A stretch of 64,000 bases of DNA, from assembly GCA_041750285.1 (NCBI GenBank), contig JBGSZS010000018.1, forward strand, positions 64,048-128,047. The letters run 5' to 3'. Positions 47,447 to 57,190 of this stretch are shown here, piece by piece. Origin of the DNA: Candidatus Fermentibacteraceae bacterium (GTDB lineage: Bacteria > Fermentibacterota > Fermentibacteria > Fermentibacterales > JCC-6). The notes below the pieces were generated by a model. It had not been told where the DNA came from and ran no database searches. It worked only from the letters and a program-made list of their open reading frames with translations. The position numbers and the translations under genes are program-made. Numbering within the stretch: position 1 is the first letter of the stretch; each line of letters opens with the position of its first letter.

Positions 47447-47474
47447 CCACTCCTTGTTTGCATTACCGGGGCAA

Positions 47475-47969
47475 TCACTCCCCGCCGGGGTGGCAGCAGC
47501 CTCCCCGATCCTTGACCTTGTTCAAATTGGCTCCGCACACGCTGCACAAACCCCTGCACCCCTTTTCGCAAAGGGGCACCATGGGCATTGCCAGGATGAC
47601 GGACTCTCGTACTGCGTCGAATATACTAATCCAACCGTCATGATGGGAGACGGGTTCCACATCGGGTTCGTCCTCGAGGGCGGGGTCGCTGCTGTACATT
47701 CGCCGCACCTCTCCGGAGATATCGATCAGGGCTGGTTCGAGGCACCTGGCGCAGGGAGCGGCGAACACCGCGTTGAAGGTCCCCTCCACAAGAATCGAGT
47801 CACCGGATCTGGTGACTTCGAGGCTGAGCTCTCCCGGGGCATCCGTGGGCCAGGTCTCGGGGATGTTCCAGTCCAGATCGCCGAGGGGGATCGAATACAC
47901 CCCGCTGCATCGCTTCCCCGAATCCAGTGAGTTCACCGCAAGTGACATTTTCCCGATGTCGAGTATCAC
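47475..47969 (-). CDS. yceD: YceD/DUF177 large-ribosomal-subunit accumulation protein
   Basis: Conserved position upstream of rpmF-plsX, and a C-terminal Cys cluster CEKGCRGLCSVCGANLN. Confidence 0.7.
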   Translation of the reverse strand: MILDIGKMSLAVNSLDSGKRCSGVYSIPLGDLDWNIPETWPTDAPGELSLEVTRSGDSILVEGTFNAVFAAPCARCLEPALIDISGEVRRMYSSDPALEDEPDVEPVSHHDGWISIFDAVRESVILAMPMVPLCEKGCRGLCSVCGANLNKVKDRGGCCHPGGE

Positions 47970-49357
47970 GGGTTTCCCCCGAATTCCCGCCCGATGCTCT
48001 CCGCGAGTTCATCGCAAAGCGAGGTGGAGGATGACTGGATGTAAACCCTGGCGAGGGGCTCGGTGCCGGACAGCCTGACCAGAACCCAGGTGTCGGGACC
48101 AAGCAGAAGCTTCACGCCGTCGGTACGGTCGACTCCCAGCACCGGTCTTCCGGCGGCTTTTCTGGGGTCGCTGTCCAGCCAGTCCCGCTGGATGCGGTCT
48201 CTCGTTTCGGGAGAGAGGGGAAGGTCCACCCTGGTGTTGAAAAGCCTTCCGTGGGTGTTCCACAGTCTTTCGAGCTGGGCGGCGAGACCCTCTCTTCTGG
48301 CGCAGACCATCTCCGCCGCCAGCAGGCATGCGAGGATGCCGTCCTTCTCGGGAACGTGCCCCCCGACGGACAACCCCCCCGACTCCTCTCCGGCCAGCAT
48401 GACGTTGCCGGAAAGCATGGCGCTTCCCAGGTGCTTGAAACCCACTGGTGTGACTTTGACAGGGATGCCCCTGGCGGCGGCGACACGGTCAATGAGGCTT
48501 CCGGTCGTCACCGAACGAACCGCCGCGCCGCTGCGTCCCGATTCGGCAAGGTAATCCAGAAGGAGGGCGAGGAGATCGTGCGGCGTGACGAACACGCCGT
48601 TTTCGTCGACGATGCCGAAACGGTCGGCGTCTCCGTCGGTGGCCACGCCCAGTGACGCCCCGCTTTTGACAACTTCGGCACAAAGATCGAGGAGTCCTTG
48701 CGCATTGGGTTCAGGATGTTCCCTCCCCGCGAAAAGCGGGTCGCGGGTTCCGTTGATGATCCGGATGGACGCACCGAGTTCACCCAGTTTCCTGTCGAGA
48801 ACACCGCTGCCTGCCCCGCTGAAAGCGTCGTAGACAACCCTGAGCGAATCGTGCGACCTGAAGACGCCCGCGTTTATGAAGCCGTTCAGGTCACCCAGGT
48901 ACGGTGTGACGAAATCAACCGTGGAAACCGACCCTGTGGACCGGACGGGTTGTTCGCCCAGCCGGATCAGCTCTTCGATCCTTCCCGTTGCCGGGGAGTC
49001 GGCGGGACCGCCATGACCCGGTGAGAACTTGATGCCGTTGTAAAGCGGCGGGTTGTGGCTGGCCGTGAAGTTGATCACGCCCCCGAGTCCCCGGCTGCGG
49101 CAGGCATGGGAGAGCACCGGAGTCGGTACGGGACCCCTGGAAAGGAACACGTCGAAGCCGTAACCGGAAAGCCTTTCAGCAGCGGCATGGGAAAGCTCGG
49201 GGGAAAGGAAGCGGCAATCCCCGCCCACCGCCACCGACCTGAAGCCCGTTTCGGAGAGGAAGACGCCAATCGCGTCCACCACGGACATCGCCCTGTCCCA
49301 CGTGAAATCACGGGAGATGATGCCGCGCCATCCCGAGGTTCCGAAGGTGATGCTCAT
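47966..49357 (-). CDS. phosphoglucomutase/phosphomannomutase family protein
   Basis: TASHNP phosphoserine-loop motif and the GGDCRF-type motif; the GxxGD Mg-binding motif appears as VATDGDADRF. Confidence 0.85.
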   Translation of the reverse strand: MSITFGTSGWRGIISRDFTWDRAMSVVDAIGVFLSETGFRSVAVGGDCRFLSPELSHAAAERLSGYGFDVFLSRGPVPTPVLSHACRSRGLGGVINFTASHNPPLYNGIKFSPGHGGPADSPATGRIEELIRLGEQPVRSTGSVSTVDFVTPYLGDLNGFINAGVFRSHDSLRVVYDAFSGAGSGVLDRKLGELGASIRIINGTRDPLFAGREHPEPNAQGLLDLCAEVVKSGASLGVATDGDADRFGIVDENGVFVTPHDLLALLLDYLAESGRSGAAVRSVTTGSLIDRVAAARGIPVKVTPVGFKHLGSAMLSGNVMLAGEESGGLSVGGHVPEKDGILACLLAAEMVCARREGLAAQLERLWNTHGRLFNTRVDLPLSPETRDRIQRDWLDSDPRKAAGRPVLGVDRTDGVKLLLGPDTWVLVRLSGTEPLARVYIQSSSTSLCDELAESIGREFGGNP

Positions 49358-50835
49358 CTCTGACCTTCACCCCCGCGCAGGTGTTCGAGGGCGGCAAGGA
49401 TGCAGGGGTCGCGGGGGGAGACGACCTCGTAGTAATGGTCCATGGGCCACTCTCTGAGACCGATCTCCCGAAGGAGTGCGCGTTCGATGTAATCCCTGCT
49501 CTCCTGGAACTCCGAAGGGGTGAATTCGACCTCCTCCCGGGCCAGATAGAGGGAAAAGGCTTCAATGACCTGGTCGTCGGGCCAGAACTCGTATGGAACG
49601 CTGTTCTCGAGAACGTACTCCCCGGCGAAACCGAAGAAGTAGCCCTCGTACTCCAGCAGGTAGACCAGACGGTCGTCGAAATAGGCGGTTTCCACGGGAA
49701 TGTCGGGAAGGATCCCCCAGTCCTCCTCGGCGCCCTGTTCCATGAAGTCGTCGCGGAGGGTCCTGTCAATGCTTCTTCCCGAAGGGGTGTAGTACCTGGC
49801 CGTGGTGAGCTTGACGCCGTAATGCCCGAGCCCCGGGTACTCGCCCAGGTCGGTGAGGGACTGGACCGAACCCTTGCCGAAGGTCCTGCTGCCGACGATC
49901 GTGGCAACACCGTTGTCCTGCAGGGCGCTGGCGAATATCTCCGAACTGCTGGCGCTTCCGCCGTCAACGAGAACCGCGGTAGCGCCGCTGAAGAACACGC
50001 CGTTACGGGCCCTGTATATCTGCTCTCCAACGGCCTGCCCGCGCGTGGTCACGATCGGCGTGCCTGCGGGAAGGAAAAGATCGGCCAGTTCTATCGCCGG
50101 ATTCAGAAGCCCCCCGGAGTTCGAGCGCACGTCGAAGATCAGCCTGGTTGCGCCCCGATCCATCAGTTCCTGCATCGCATCACGAACCTCGGCCAGCGAC
50201 TCTTCCGAGAATCGGGCCAGACGAACGTAACCGATGCCGGGTTCGAGCATGAAATGAGCGGAGAGTGAGGGGACATCGATCTTGGCACGTTCGATGGGGA
50301 AGCTGAGCGTGTCTTCGATGCCTGCCCTGAGTACCTGGAGGGTCACAACGGTCCCCCCGGGACCCCTGATGAAGCCCACTGCCTCGTCGGTGGTCATTCC
50401 TTCGGTCGTGGCTCCGTCTATCGTCACTATGGTGTCGCCGGCCCTCATCCCGGCCCTGTGAGCAGGTGTGCCCTCGATCGGGGAGATCACAGTGAGCCGT
50501 TCATCCCGCTGCCCGAGTGTGATCCCCACCCCCTCGAACGATCCTTCGAGCTGTATCCTGAGGTTGTCGTAGTCTCTGGGGGTGAGAAGCATGCTGTTGG
50601 GGTCGAGCGACTGAAGCATCCCCTGAAGAGCCTCTTCCATGAGCACCCTGCTCTCCACGGTGTCCACATAGGCGCTTCTTGTAAGACCGTAAACATCGAG
50701 GAACAGCTCGAGCGAGCTGGCCCTTGCCGCCGGCGTATCGTAGGCATCGGCCGGAGAAACGGCGAGAAACCCCGTGAAAGCCAGCAGAAGGGTGCCCAGC
50801 AGCCCCGAAGCCCAGGAGGGTATGGGATTCTTCAT
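49354..50835 (-). CDS. carboxyl-terminal processing protease (S41) with PDZ domain
   Basis: Signal peptide, PDZ region GDTIVTIDG, and an S41 core (GGSASSSEIFASALQDNG, FGKGSVQ). Confidence 0.8.
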   Translation of the reverse strand: MKNPIPSWASGLLGTLLLAFTGFLAVSPADAYDTPAARASSLELFLDVYGLTRSAYVDTVESRVLMEEALQGMLQSLDPNSMLLTPRDYDNLRIQLEGSFEGVGITLGQRDERLTVISPIEGTPAHRAGMRAGDTIVTIDGATTEGMTTDEAVGFIRGPGGTVVTLQVLRAGIEDTLSFPIERAKIDVPSLSAHFMLEPGIGYVRLARFSEESLAEVRDAMQELMDRGATRLIFDVRSNSGGLLNPAIELADLFLPAGTPIVTTRGQAVGEQIYRARNGVFFSGATAVLVDGGSASSSEIFASALQDNGVATIVGSRTFGKGSVQSLTDLGEYPGLGHYGVKLTTARYYTPSGRSIDRTLRDDFMEQGAEEDWGILPDIPVETAYFDDRLVYLLEYEGYFFGFAGEYVLENSVPYEFWPDDQVIEAFSLYLAREEVEFTPSEFQESRDYIERALLREIGLREWPMDHYYEVVSPRDPCILAALEHLRGGEGQR

Positions 50836-51476
50836 TGAACAAGGCCCCCGTTCTTTTCCCGAAGAACCTTCAGGGTCCTTCGCAGTATCAGGTCGTCAAG
50901 CCTCTCAGGAGGCAGTGTTCCGTCAAGAACCATGAACCTGGAAGGATTCTCGCGTGACAACTGAAGGTACCCTTCCCGGACCCTTCTGTGAAAGGGCGCA
51001 CCCGCCTCCTCGATCCTGTCACGCGTTCTGCCAGCGCTGGCATGCCTCTCGAGGCCCAGTTCGGGGTCGAGGTCGAGAAGCACTGTCAGGTCGGGCACGA
51101 TTCCGGCCGCCGCGAAAATGCAGGCGGTTTCCACTTCACCCCTGGGCAGCCCCCTCCCGAACGACTGGTAGGCCAGTGTGGCGTCGGTGAACCTGTCACC
51201 GATGACAATGGCGCCCTTCGCAAGCCATGGCGCAACCAGCTGTTCGACATTCGAGGCCCTGGCGGCGAGAAAGAGCATCAGCTCGCACACGGGTGGGGTG
51301 AGGAGGCCCGTGTCGAGAAGGATCTCGCGGATCCTCTCCGATACTGGCGTCCCGCCCGGTTCCCGGGTGGGCATCACGGTATGGCCCAGGCCGGAAAGTG
51401 ACTTGCAGAGAGCCCTGCTCCTGCTTGTCTTCCCCGCGCCCTCCACCCCTTCGAAGGTTACGAAAGCGCCCTTCAT
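50832..51476 (-). CDS. tmk: thymidylate kinase
   Basis: FVTFEGVEGAGKTS P-loop. Confidence 0.85.
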   Translation of the reverse strand: MKGAFVTFEGVEGAGKTSRSRALCKSLSGLGHTVMPTREPGGTPVSERIREILLDTGLLTPPVCELMLFLAARASNVEQLVAPWLAKGAIVIGDRFTDATLAYQSFGRGLPRGEVETACIFAAAGIVPDLTVLLDLDPELGLERHASAGRTRDRIEEAGAPFHRRVREGYLQLSRENPSRFMVLDGTLPPERLDDLILRRTLKVLREKNGGLVQ

Positions 51477-51501
51477 GGGAGGGGGGTCAGCCCCCTTCCC
51501 C

Positions 51502-52593
51502 CTACTCCTTGCCCTTGGGGCGGTGCTTCTCGATGAAGTCTTCCGTCATCTTGCGGCACTGGTCATCGTAGTACTGCACGGGGGGCGACTTGAAGAAATA
51601 CGATGACGGAGCCTCGATGGCGCCGGTCAGCCCGTTCTCGAGCGCGAGCTTTGCGCAGCGGACTGCGTCGATGATCACTCCCGCGGAGTTGGGGCTGTCC
51701 CAGACCTCGAGCTTGCTTTCGAAATTGAGCGGAACATCACCGAAAGTGGTGCCTTCCATGCGGATGTAACACCATTTCCTGTCGTCGAGCCACTCGATGT
51801 AATCGGAGGGGCCGATGTGGACGTTCCTGGGTTTCATGCCGCCGGGAATCTGGCTTGTGACGGCATTGGTCTTGGATATCTTCTTGCTCTCGAGCCTCTC
51901 CCTTTCCAGCATGTTCAGGAAATCCGTGTTTCCCCCGACATTGAGCTGGTAGGTCCTGTCAAGCCGAACGCCGCGGTCTTCGAAGAGCCTGGTGAGGACC
52001 CTGTGAAGGATGGTCGCGCCAACCTGGCTCTTTATGTCGTCGCCCATGCAGGGAAGGCCCTTCTCGCGGAACCTGTTCTGCCAGTAGGGTTCACGGGCGA
52101 TGAACACGGGAATTGCGTTGACGAAGGCGCAACCCGCGTCGAGTATCTGCTCGACGTACCACTTGGTGGCTTCCTCGCTGCCCACGGGAAGGTAGTTGAC
52201 CACCACGTCGGTCTTGGTTTCGCGGAGGATCCCGGCGATGTCGGCGGTCGAGCCTGGGGCCTTCTGGATGACGGGTTTGAGGTACTTGCCAAGACCGTCG
52301 TGGGTCATGCCCCTGTGAACCGTCACACCCATGTGCGGAACGTCACAGAACTTGATGGTGCAGTTGGGCTCGGCGAAGATGGCCTCGCTGAGGTCCCTGC
52401 CGACCTTTGTGATGTTGATGTCGAAGGCGGCGGAGAACTCGACGTCACTCACGTGCAGGCCGCCGAGGTTCACATGCATGAGCCCCGGGACCTTCTCGTC
52501 GTCCTTGGCGTTCTTGTAGTACTCGACGCCCTGAACAAGGCTGTTGGCGCAGTTCCCCACGCCGATTATGGCAACTCTCACTTTTCTGGACAT
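51502..52593 (-). CDS. myo-inositol-1-phosphate synthase
   Basis: [21 protein letters not shown]-binding N-terminus. [10 protein letters not shown] and SYFFKSPP match the MIPS family. The start is trimmed to [10 protein letters not shown]. Confidence 0.8.
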   Translation of the reverse strand: MSRKVRVAIIGVGNCANSLVQGVEYYKNAKDDEKVPGLMHVNLGGLHVSDVEFSAAFDINITKVGRDLSEAIFAEPNCTIKFCDVPHMGVTVHRGMTHDGLGKYLKPVIQKAPGSTADIAGILRETKTDVVVNYLPVGSEEATKWYVEQILDAGCAFVNAIPVFIAREPYWQNRFREKGLPCMGDDIKSQVGATILHRVLTRLFEDRGVRLDRTYQLNVGGNTDFLNMLERERLESKKISKTNAVTSQIPGGMKPRNVHIGPSDYIEWLDDRKWCYIRMEGTTFGDVPLNFESKLEVWDSPNSAGVIIDAVRCAKLALENGLTGAIEAPSSYFFKSPPVQYYDDQCRKMTEDFIEKHRPKGKE

Positions 52594-52642
52594 TACGCCC
52601 TCCAGTAGTATTCCAACACACACAAGGATCGGTGCCCGCCCC

Positions 52643-53254
52643 TCACAGGGGTTGCCCCAGACCCGCCCTGTAAACGGTGATCAGCCTCTGAACCGCCGTG
52701 ATCCAGGCACCCAGGGCGACCACCACACTTCCAACCAGTAAGGCCACGCTTCCCGCCACACCCGCTGCGAGCAGGGCGGCAATCATGACGACAAGCCGTT
52801 CGGTCCGGGTGAAGAAACCCACGTCGCAGCGTATTCCCAGACCCTCCGATCTGGCCCTGACATAACTCACCATGAGTGAGCCCGCCATGGCCAGCGGAGC
52901 CGCATACAGCAGGGTAACATGTTCACTGCCGGCCCTTCCCGCAAGAATGGCAATGAAAAGAGCCGATTCGGCCACCCTGTCGAGGCTGGAGTCAAGCGCG
53001 GCACCCGCCTTCGACACCTTTCCCGTGATCCTTGCGATTCCGCCGTCGAGGGCATCGAAAAGGCTTCCCGCCATCATTGTCACTCCGGCCTGCCAGTAAA
53101 GGCCTTTCCAGGCAAGCCAGGCGGCCCCCAGACAGACAAGAAGCCCGCTGACAGTGACCGCCGAGGGTGACACGCCCAGGGAGGCCAGCAGCCTGATCAA
53201 CGGGGCGAGGAACGCTCTGCCCCTTTTGTGGAAACCGTCGAGGTTGAGGTTCAT
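52643..53254 (-). CDS. CDP-alcohol phosphatidyltransferase, candidate phosphatidylinositol-phosphate synthase
   Basis: DALDGGIAR...G...D CDP-OH-P-transferase motif. 203 aa, multi-TM. It is adjacent to MIPS. Confidence 0.65.
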   Translation of the reverse strand: MNLNLDGFHKRGRAFLAPLIRLLASLGVSPSAVTVSGLLVCLGAAWLAWKGLYWQAGVTMMAGSLFDALDGGIARITGKVSKAGAALDSSLDRVAESALFIAILAGRAGSEHVTLLYAAPLAMAGSLMVSYVRARSEGLGIRCDVGFFTRTERLVVMIAALLAAGVAGSVALLVGSVVVALGAWITAVQRLITVYRAGLGQPL

Positions 53255-53919
53255 GGCCCGGCTCCCGCGACAAGAAGGGTTACCTCCCCCTTCGGCGGAT
53301 GCTCGGCGTACTTCCCGGCGAGAGCTCCCAGGGTTCCCCGGACGTACTCCTCATGAACCTTCGTTAGTTCCCGTGCAACGCAGCACCTTCTGTCGCCAAG
53401 CAGTTCATGCAGTTCGGCAAGCAGTTTCCCCGTGTGGTGAGGACCGGCGAAATAGACCAGCGTGCCGGTGTAGGAAGCCATCGAGAGTATCCTGGTGCGC
53501 CTTGGACCAGGCTTCCTTGGCAGAAAGCCCTCGAAGGCGAACCTGTCGGTGGGCAGCCCCGATGCCACGATGGCCGTCGTTACAGCTGAAGGCCCGGGCA
53601 CTACCGAAACCGTTGCGCTGGCGCCTATGGCAGCCTGCACCGCCCGGTAAGCGGGGTCGGAAACGCCTGGCGTTCCGGCATCGCTCACCATCGCAACGGT
53701 GCCACCGGCCTCGAGGGTTTCAAGGATGAGCGGCAGCCTTCCCCTTGCATTCACGTCGTTGTAGCTCACAAGCCTTTTCCCGGGGGGCACAAGCTTCATT
53801 GTCCGCCGGGTGTCCTCGGCCATCACGAGTTCCGCTTCGGCAAGAACCCTCGCGGCCCTGGGAGACATGTCCTCGAGGTTGCCGATGGGAGTCGCCACGA
53901 GGACAAGGCTGCCCTTCAT
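53251..53919 (-). CDS. rsmI: 16S rRNA (cytidine1402-2'-O)-methyltransferase
   Basis: LVLVATPIGNLEDMSPRA and the tetrapyrrole-methylase fold. The start is trimmed to MKGSLVLV. Confidence 0.8.
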   Translation of the reverse strand: MKGSLVLVATPIGNLEDMSPRAARVLAEAELVMAEDTRRTMKLVPPGKRLVSYNDVNARGRLPLILETLEAGGTVAMVSDAGTPGVSDPAYRAVQAAIGASATVSVVPGPSAVTTAIVASGLPTDRFAFEGFLPRKPGPRRTRILSMASYTGTLVYFAGPHHTGKLLAELHELLGDRRCCVARELTKVHEEYVRGTLGALAGKYAEHPPKGEVTLLVAGAGP

Positions 53920-54155
53920 CTCCCTCCGAGCCCTTCCCTGAGGCTCCTGATCCTTTCGATCCTGGCGGAAGTGCCTTCGGGATCGGTGACGAGGGTCACG
54001 CTGAGGGTCATGCCCTCCTTCGCACCGGGCGGAAGGTGCTGGGCGGGAAGGTGCCACTGAAAACCTGAGGGAGCCAGAAGGACCGCTATCCCCTCCTCTA
54101 TCCGGTCAAGGTCTACCGTGAACTCACTCCTCGGGGTTCGGGCCATGCCAGACAC
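53916..54155 (-). CDS. DUF3006-like small protein
   Basis: FTVDLDRIEEGIAVLLAPSG...LPPGAKEGMTL pattern, recalled from memory. It overlaps rsmI by 4 nt. Confidence 0.4.
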   Translation of the reverse strand: MSGMARTPRSEFTVDLDRIEEGIAVLLAPSGFQWHLPAQHLPPGAKEGMTLSVTLVTDPEGTSARIERIRSLREGLGGR

Positions 54156-56169
54156 CCCCTCCGATCATTGACTGGGCTATGTTGGTGAAGTGGTCGCCCG
54201 CCCTTTCGCAGTACTCGATGTAGTCAAGTATGGCCAGACCCGTCATGTTGGCCATCCGTGAAGCCAGAGCTTCGCCGTACTTCTCGCGGGCCTCCTCGCT
54301 TATCTTGTTCATGCGTCCCTCGAGGACGAGAACCTTCTGGGATGCCTCGATGTCATTGTTCTTGATCGCCTTCACCGATTCGCGCGTCATCTCCATCAAA
54401 GTCCTGGATGCCGTTACGGCAAGCGCCGGAAGGGGGCCGACCTCCTTCATCACATCATCGCCGGCGATCCTGGCCCTGGCCTCCATCATGTTCACGGCGT
54501 GGTCGGATATGCGCTCGAGGTCGTTGATCGAGTGGATGATGACGGGAAGGCTGAGCGACTGTTCACGGGTCAGTTCCCCCTGGAAGAGCTTCGAGGCGTA
54601 GTTGGTCATGTCGCGCTGCATGATGTCCACCCTGTCCTCCATGCGAACTATCTCCGAGGCTTCGTGCCTGCCCGTCAGGAAGTGTTCGGACGCCATCAGC
54701 AGGCATTCGCCGGAATACTCGGCCATCTTGCCCATCTCGCGGTTGAGCGTGTCGATGGCGAGAACGGGACTGTCCAGCAGGTTGAAGTCGAGCACCATCT
54801 CGGGTTCTCCGGCTTCCTGCTTCCTGTCGTCGGGGATGACCACCCTGCAGAGTCTTGCGAGAAGCGGAACGAGGGGTATGAAAACGATGCAGTTCACGAT
54901 GTTGAAGATGGAGTGGGCGTTCGCCACCTGGCGCAGGGGGTCTGAGGATGTGAACCTGACGAGTTCGAGGAAAGGCCCGTCGTTCTTCATGGCCAGGAGC
55001 ATGAAATAGGCTGCGCCTATCAGGTTGAAAAACGTGTGGGCCATGGCCGTCTGGCGGGCCGCCCTGTTGCTTCCAAGAGCCGCGAGCTGTGCCGTGATGG
55101 TCGTTCCGATGTTGTCACCCAGAACGAGGAACACGGCGCCCTGCAGGTTCACCAGACCGATCCCGGCCAGTGTCATTGTGAGACCCACGGTGGCGCTCGA
55201 ACTTTGAACGATGACCGTTATAAGCGTTCCTGCGAAAATGGCCAGAAGCGGATTCGCGCTGAAATCAGCGAAGAAATCCCTGACGGGGGCACTTGCCCTG
55301 AGGGGCTTCATGACGTCGCTCATCACGCTCATGCCCATTATGAGAAGGCCAAGCCCCATCAGGGCCCTGCCCCATAGCTTGTGCATGCGGTTCCGGCCAA
55401 GGAAAGACATCGCAAAACCCACGGCGATCATCGGGAACGCGTAGTCGGTGATCTTGAAGGCTATGAGCTGACCCGTGATGGTGGTTCCGATGTTGGCGCC
55501 CAGAACCACGCCCACAGCCTGCTGAAGGGTCATCAGCGAGCTGTTGACGAAACCAACCGTGATGACCGTGGTGGCGCTGGAACTCTGGATCGCGGCAGTG
55601 ACAAGGGCGCCGGTGGCGATCCCCGCTATCCTGTTCGACGTAATCTTCTGGAGGATCGTCTTCAGACGGTTGCCTGCCACCTGCTGAAGGTTGGTGGACA
55701 TCATCTGCATGCCGAGAAGGAAGATGGCAAGCCCGCCGAGAACCTGGAAGACGATGAAGAACAGGTTGATCGAGACCAGGGTGATGGATGCCCTTGAAAG
55801 CTCGCCTCCCGTGTCCCCGGCAACCGCGGTGACGAGGATCTCACCCATGTCATCGCCGAACTTCAGGTTCATCATGGCAATGCCCGAAGAATCGGTGTAC
55901 ACCACGTAACCCGAAAGACCCTCCTGCATCACGGTCATGTAGCCGGGATGGGGGTCGAGCTCGGCGTCGCCGCTCTGGACCGTGAAGTTTACGGGAACCC
56001 CCATGGCGGGAGTTCCGTCACAGGCGTTCCGAACCAGGACCGAAACAGGCTCGGTGAGCATCGTTCCGGTGTTGCCGTAGGTCTTGCCAAGACAGGATTG
56101 AACCTGAAGCTCACCGGCGGAAACCAGGGAGGAGGCGCAAAGGATCAGAACCGCAAGGACTGGTTTCAT
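54124..56169 (-). CDS. Na+/phosphate cotransporter (NptA family) with C-terminal PhoU-like domains and an N-terminal extracytoplasmic domain
   Basis: Duplicated QSSSATT motifs, GANIGTT, and C-terminal PhoU-like helical repeats. A signal peptide and a roughly 130-aa extra N-terminal domain. Confidence 0.75.
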   Translation of the reverse strand: MKPVLAVLILCASSLVSAGELQVQSCLGKTYGNTGTMLTEPVSVLVRNACDGTPAMGVPVNFTVQSGDAELDPHPGYMTVMQEGLSGYVVYTDSSGIAMMNLKFGDDMGEILVTAVAGDTGGELSRASITLVSINLFFIVFQVLGGLAIFLLGMQMMSTNLQQVAGNRLKTILQKITSNRIAGIATGALVTAAIQSSSATTVITVGFVNSSLMTLQQAVGVVLGANIGTTITGQLIAFKITDYAFPMIAVGFAMSFLGRNRMHKLWGRALMGLGLLIMGMSVMSDVMKPLRASAPVRDFFADFSANPLLAIFAGTLITVIVQSSSATVGLTMTLAGIGLVNLQGAVFLVLGDNIGTTITAQLAALGSNRAARQTAMAHTFFNLIGAAYFMLLAMKNDGPFLELVRFTSSDPLRQVANAHSIFNIVNCIVFIPLVPLLARLCRVVIPDDRKQEAGEPEMVLDFNLLDSPVLAIDTLNREMGKMAEYSGECLLMASEHFLTGRHEASEIVRMEDRVDIMQRDMTNYASKLFQGELTREQSLSLPVIIHSINDLERISDHAVNMMEARARIAGDDVMKEVGPLPALAVTASRTLMEMTRESVKAIKNNDIEASQKVLVLEGRMNKISEEAREKYGEALASRMANMTGLAILDYIEYCERAGDHFTNIAQSMIGGGVWHGPNPEE

Positions 56170-56293
56170 GACAACTCCTGAAATGAGCCCCTAAAAGGTC
56201 TAATGTTCAGAACACCCCGAAAAGGAAAGAGACTGGAATATGCTCATTCCCGCCGGGGTTGAAAACCGCGGCATCGAAACCTATCATACTCCC

Positions 56294-57190
56294 ATGAAGG
56301 AAGCGGCGGCACTGCTCGAAAGCATGAGGCCCAAATCATGGACCAAGAACCTCTTCGTGTTCGCGGCCATGATCTTCGGCAGGGTCTGGACATCCGGGGC
56401 CCTCATCGCCTCGTTGGAGGCGTTTCTCGGGTTCTGCCTTCTTTCCAGCGCTGTCTACCTCATGAACGACACTGCCGACGCCAACCGGGACAGGCTTCAC
56501 CCCGCGAAGAAACTCAGACCCATCCCGTCGGGGAGGCTCAGGGGCAGCACCGCCGTGGCCGCAGCCTCGGTGCTGGCTGTTCTTGTGCTCTCTTCCTCGT
56601 GGCTTTACGCCCCCAGGCTGGCGCTTGCCTACTCGGTCTACCTCGTGATGCAGGTCGCCTACTCACTCCGTCTGAAGTCGGAGGTGATACTCGACTGCCT
56701 CATCATATCCATGGGATTCGTGCTCAGGGCACTGGCGGGTGTGGCTGTCCTGGATGACACCGGGATGGAGATGATCCTTTCACCCTGGCTTATACTCTGC
56801 ACCTTCTTCCTTGCGTCCTTCCTGGCCTTCGCGAAGCGCCGCAACGAAATATCACTTTTGGGAGAGGGGGCCACCGGCCACAGGAAGAACCTCAGGGAGT
56901 ACACCCCCGCCCTGCTCGACCAGATGATGGGAATCAGCGCCGGGGCCAGCATAATGGGCTACGCCCTCTACACCGTAAGCACGCGCACTCTGGAACAGGT
57001 CAGTCCCATGCTGTGGGTTACGATCCCCTTCGTCGTCTACGGCGTTTTCCGGTACGAATACCTCGTGCTGTGCCAGGGCCTCGGAGGCAGCCCCGACAAA
57101 CTGCTGCTCTCCGACAGGCCCATGATCCTGACCCTTCTTCTCTGGGGCGCTGTGGTATTCGCCGTACTGAGCTTCTACCCTGCGGGTTGA
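56294..57190 (+). CDS. UbiA-superfamily prenyltransferase resembling decaprenyl-phosphate phosphoribosyltransferase (DPPR synthase)
   Basis: LMNDTADANRDRLHPAKKLRPIPSG matches the NDxxDxxxDRxHPxKxxRPI motif of the Rv3806c-type family, recalled from memory. It has 7-8 TM segments. The start is trimmed to MKEAAALL. Confidence 0.6.
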   Translation: MKEAAALLESMRPKSWTKNLFVFAAMIFGRVWTSGALIASLEAFLGFCLLSSAVYLMNDTADANRDRLHPAKKLRPIPSGRLRGSTAVAAASVLAVLVLSSSWLYAPRLALAYSVYLVMQVAYSLRLKSEVILDCLIISMGFVLRALAGVAVLDDTGMEMILSPWLILCTFFLASFLAFAKRRNEISLLGEGATGHRKNLREYTPALLDQMMGISAGASIMGYALYTVSTRTLEQVSPMLWVTIPFVVYGVFRYEYLVLCQGLGGSPDKLLLSDRPMILTLLLWGAVVFAVLSFYPAG

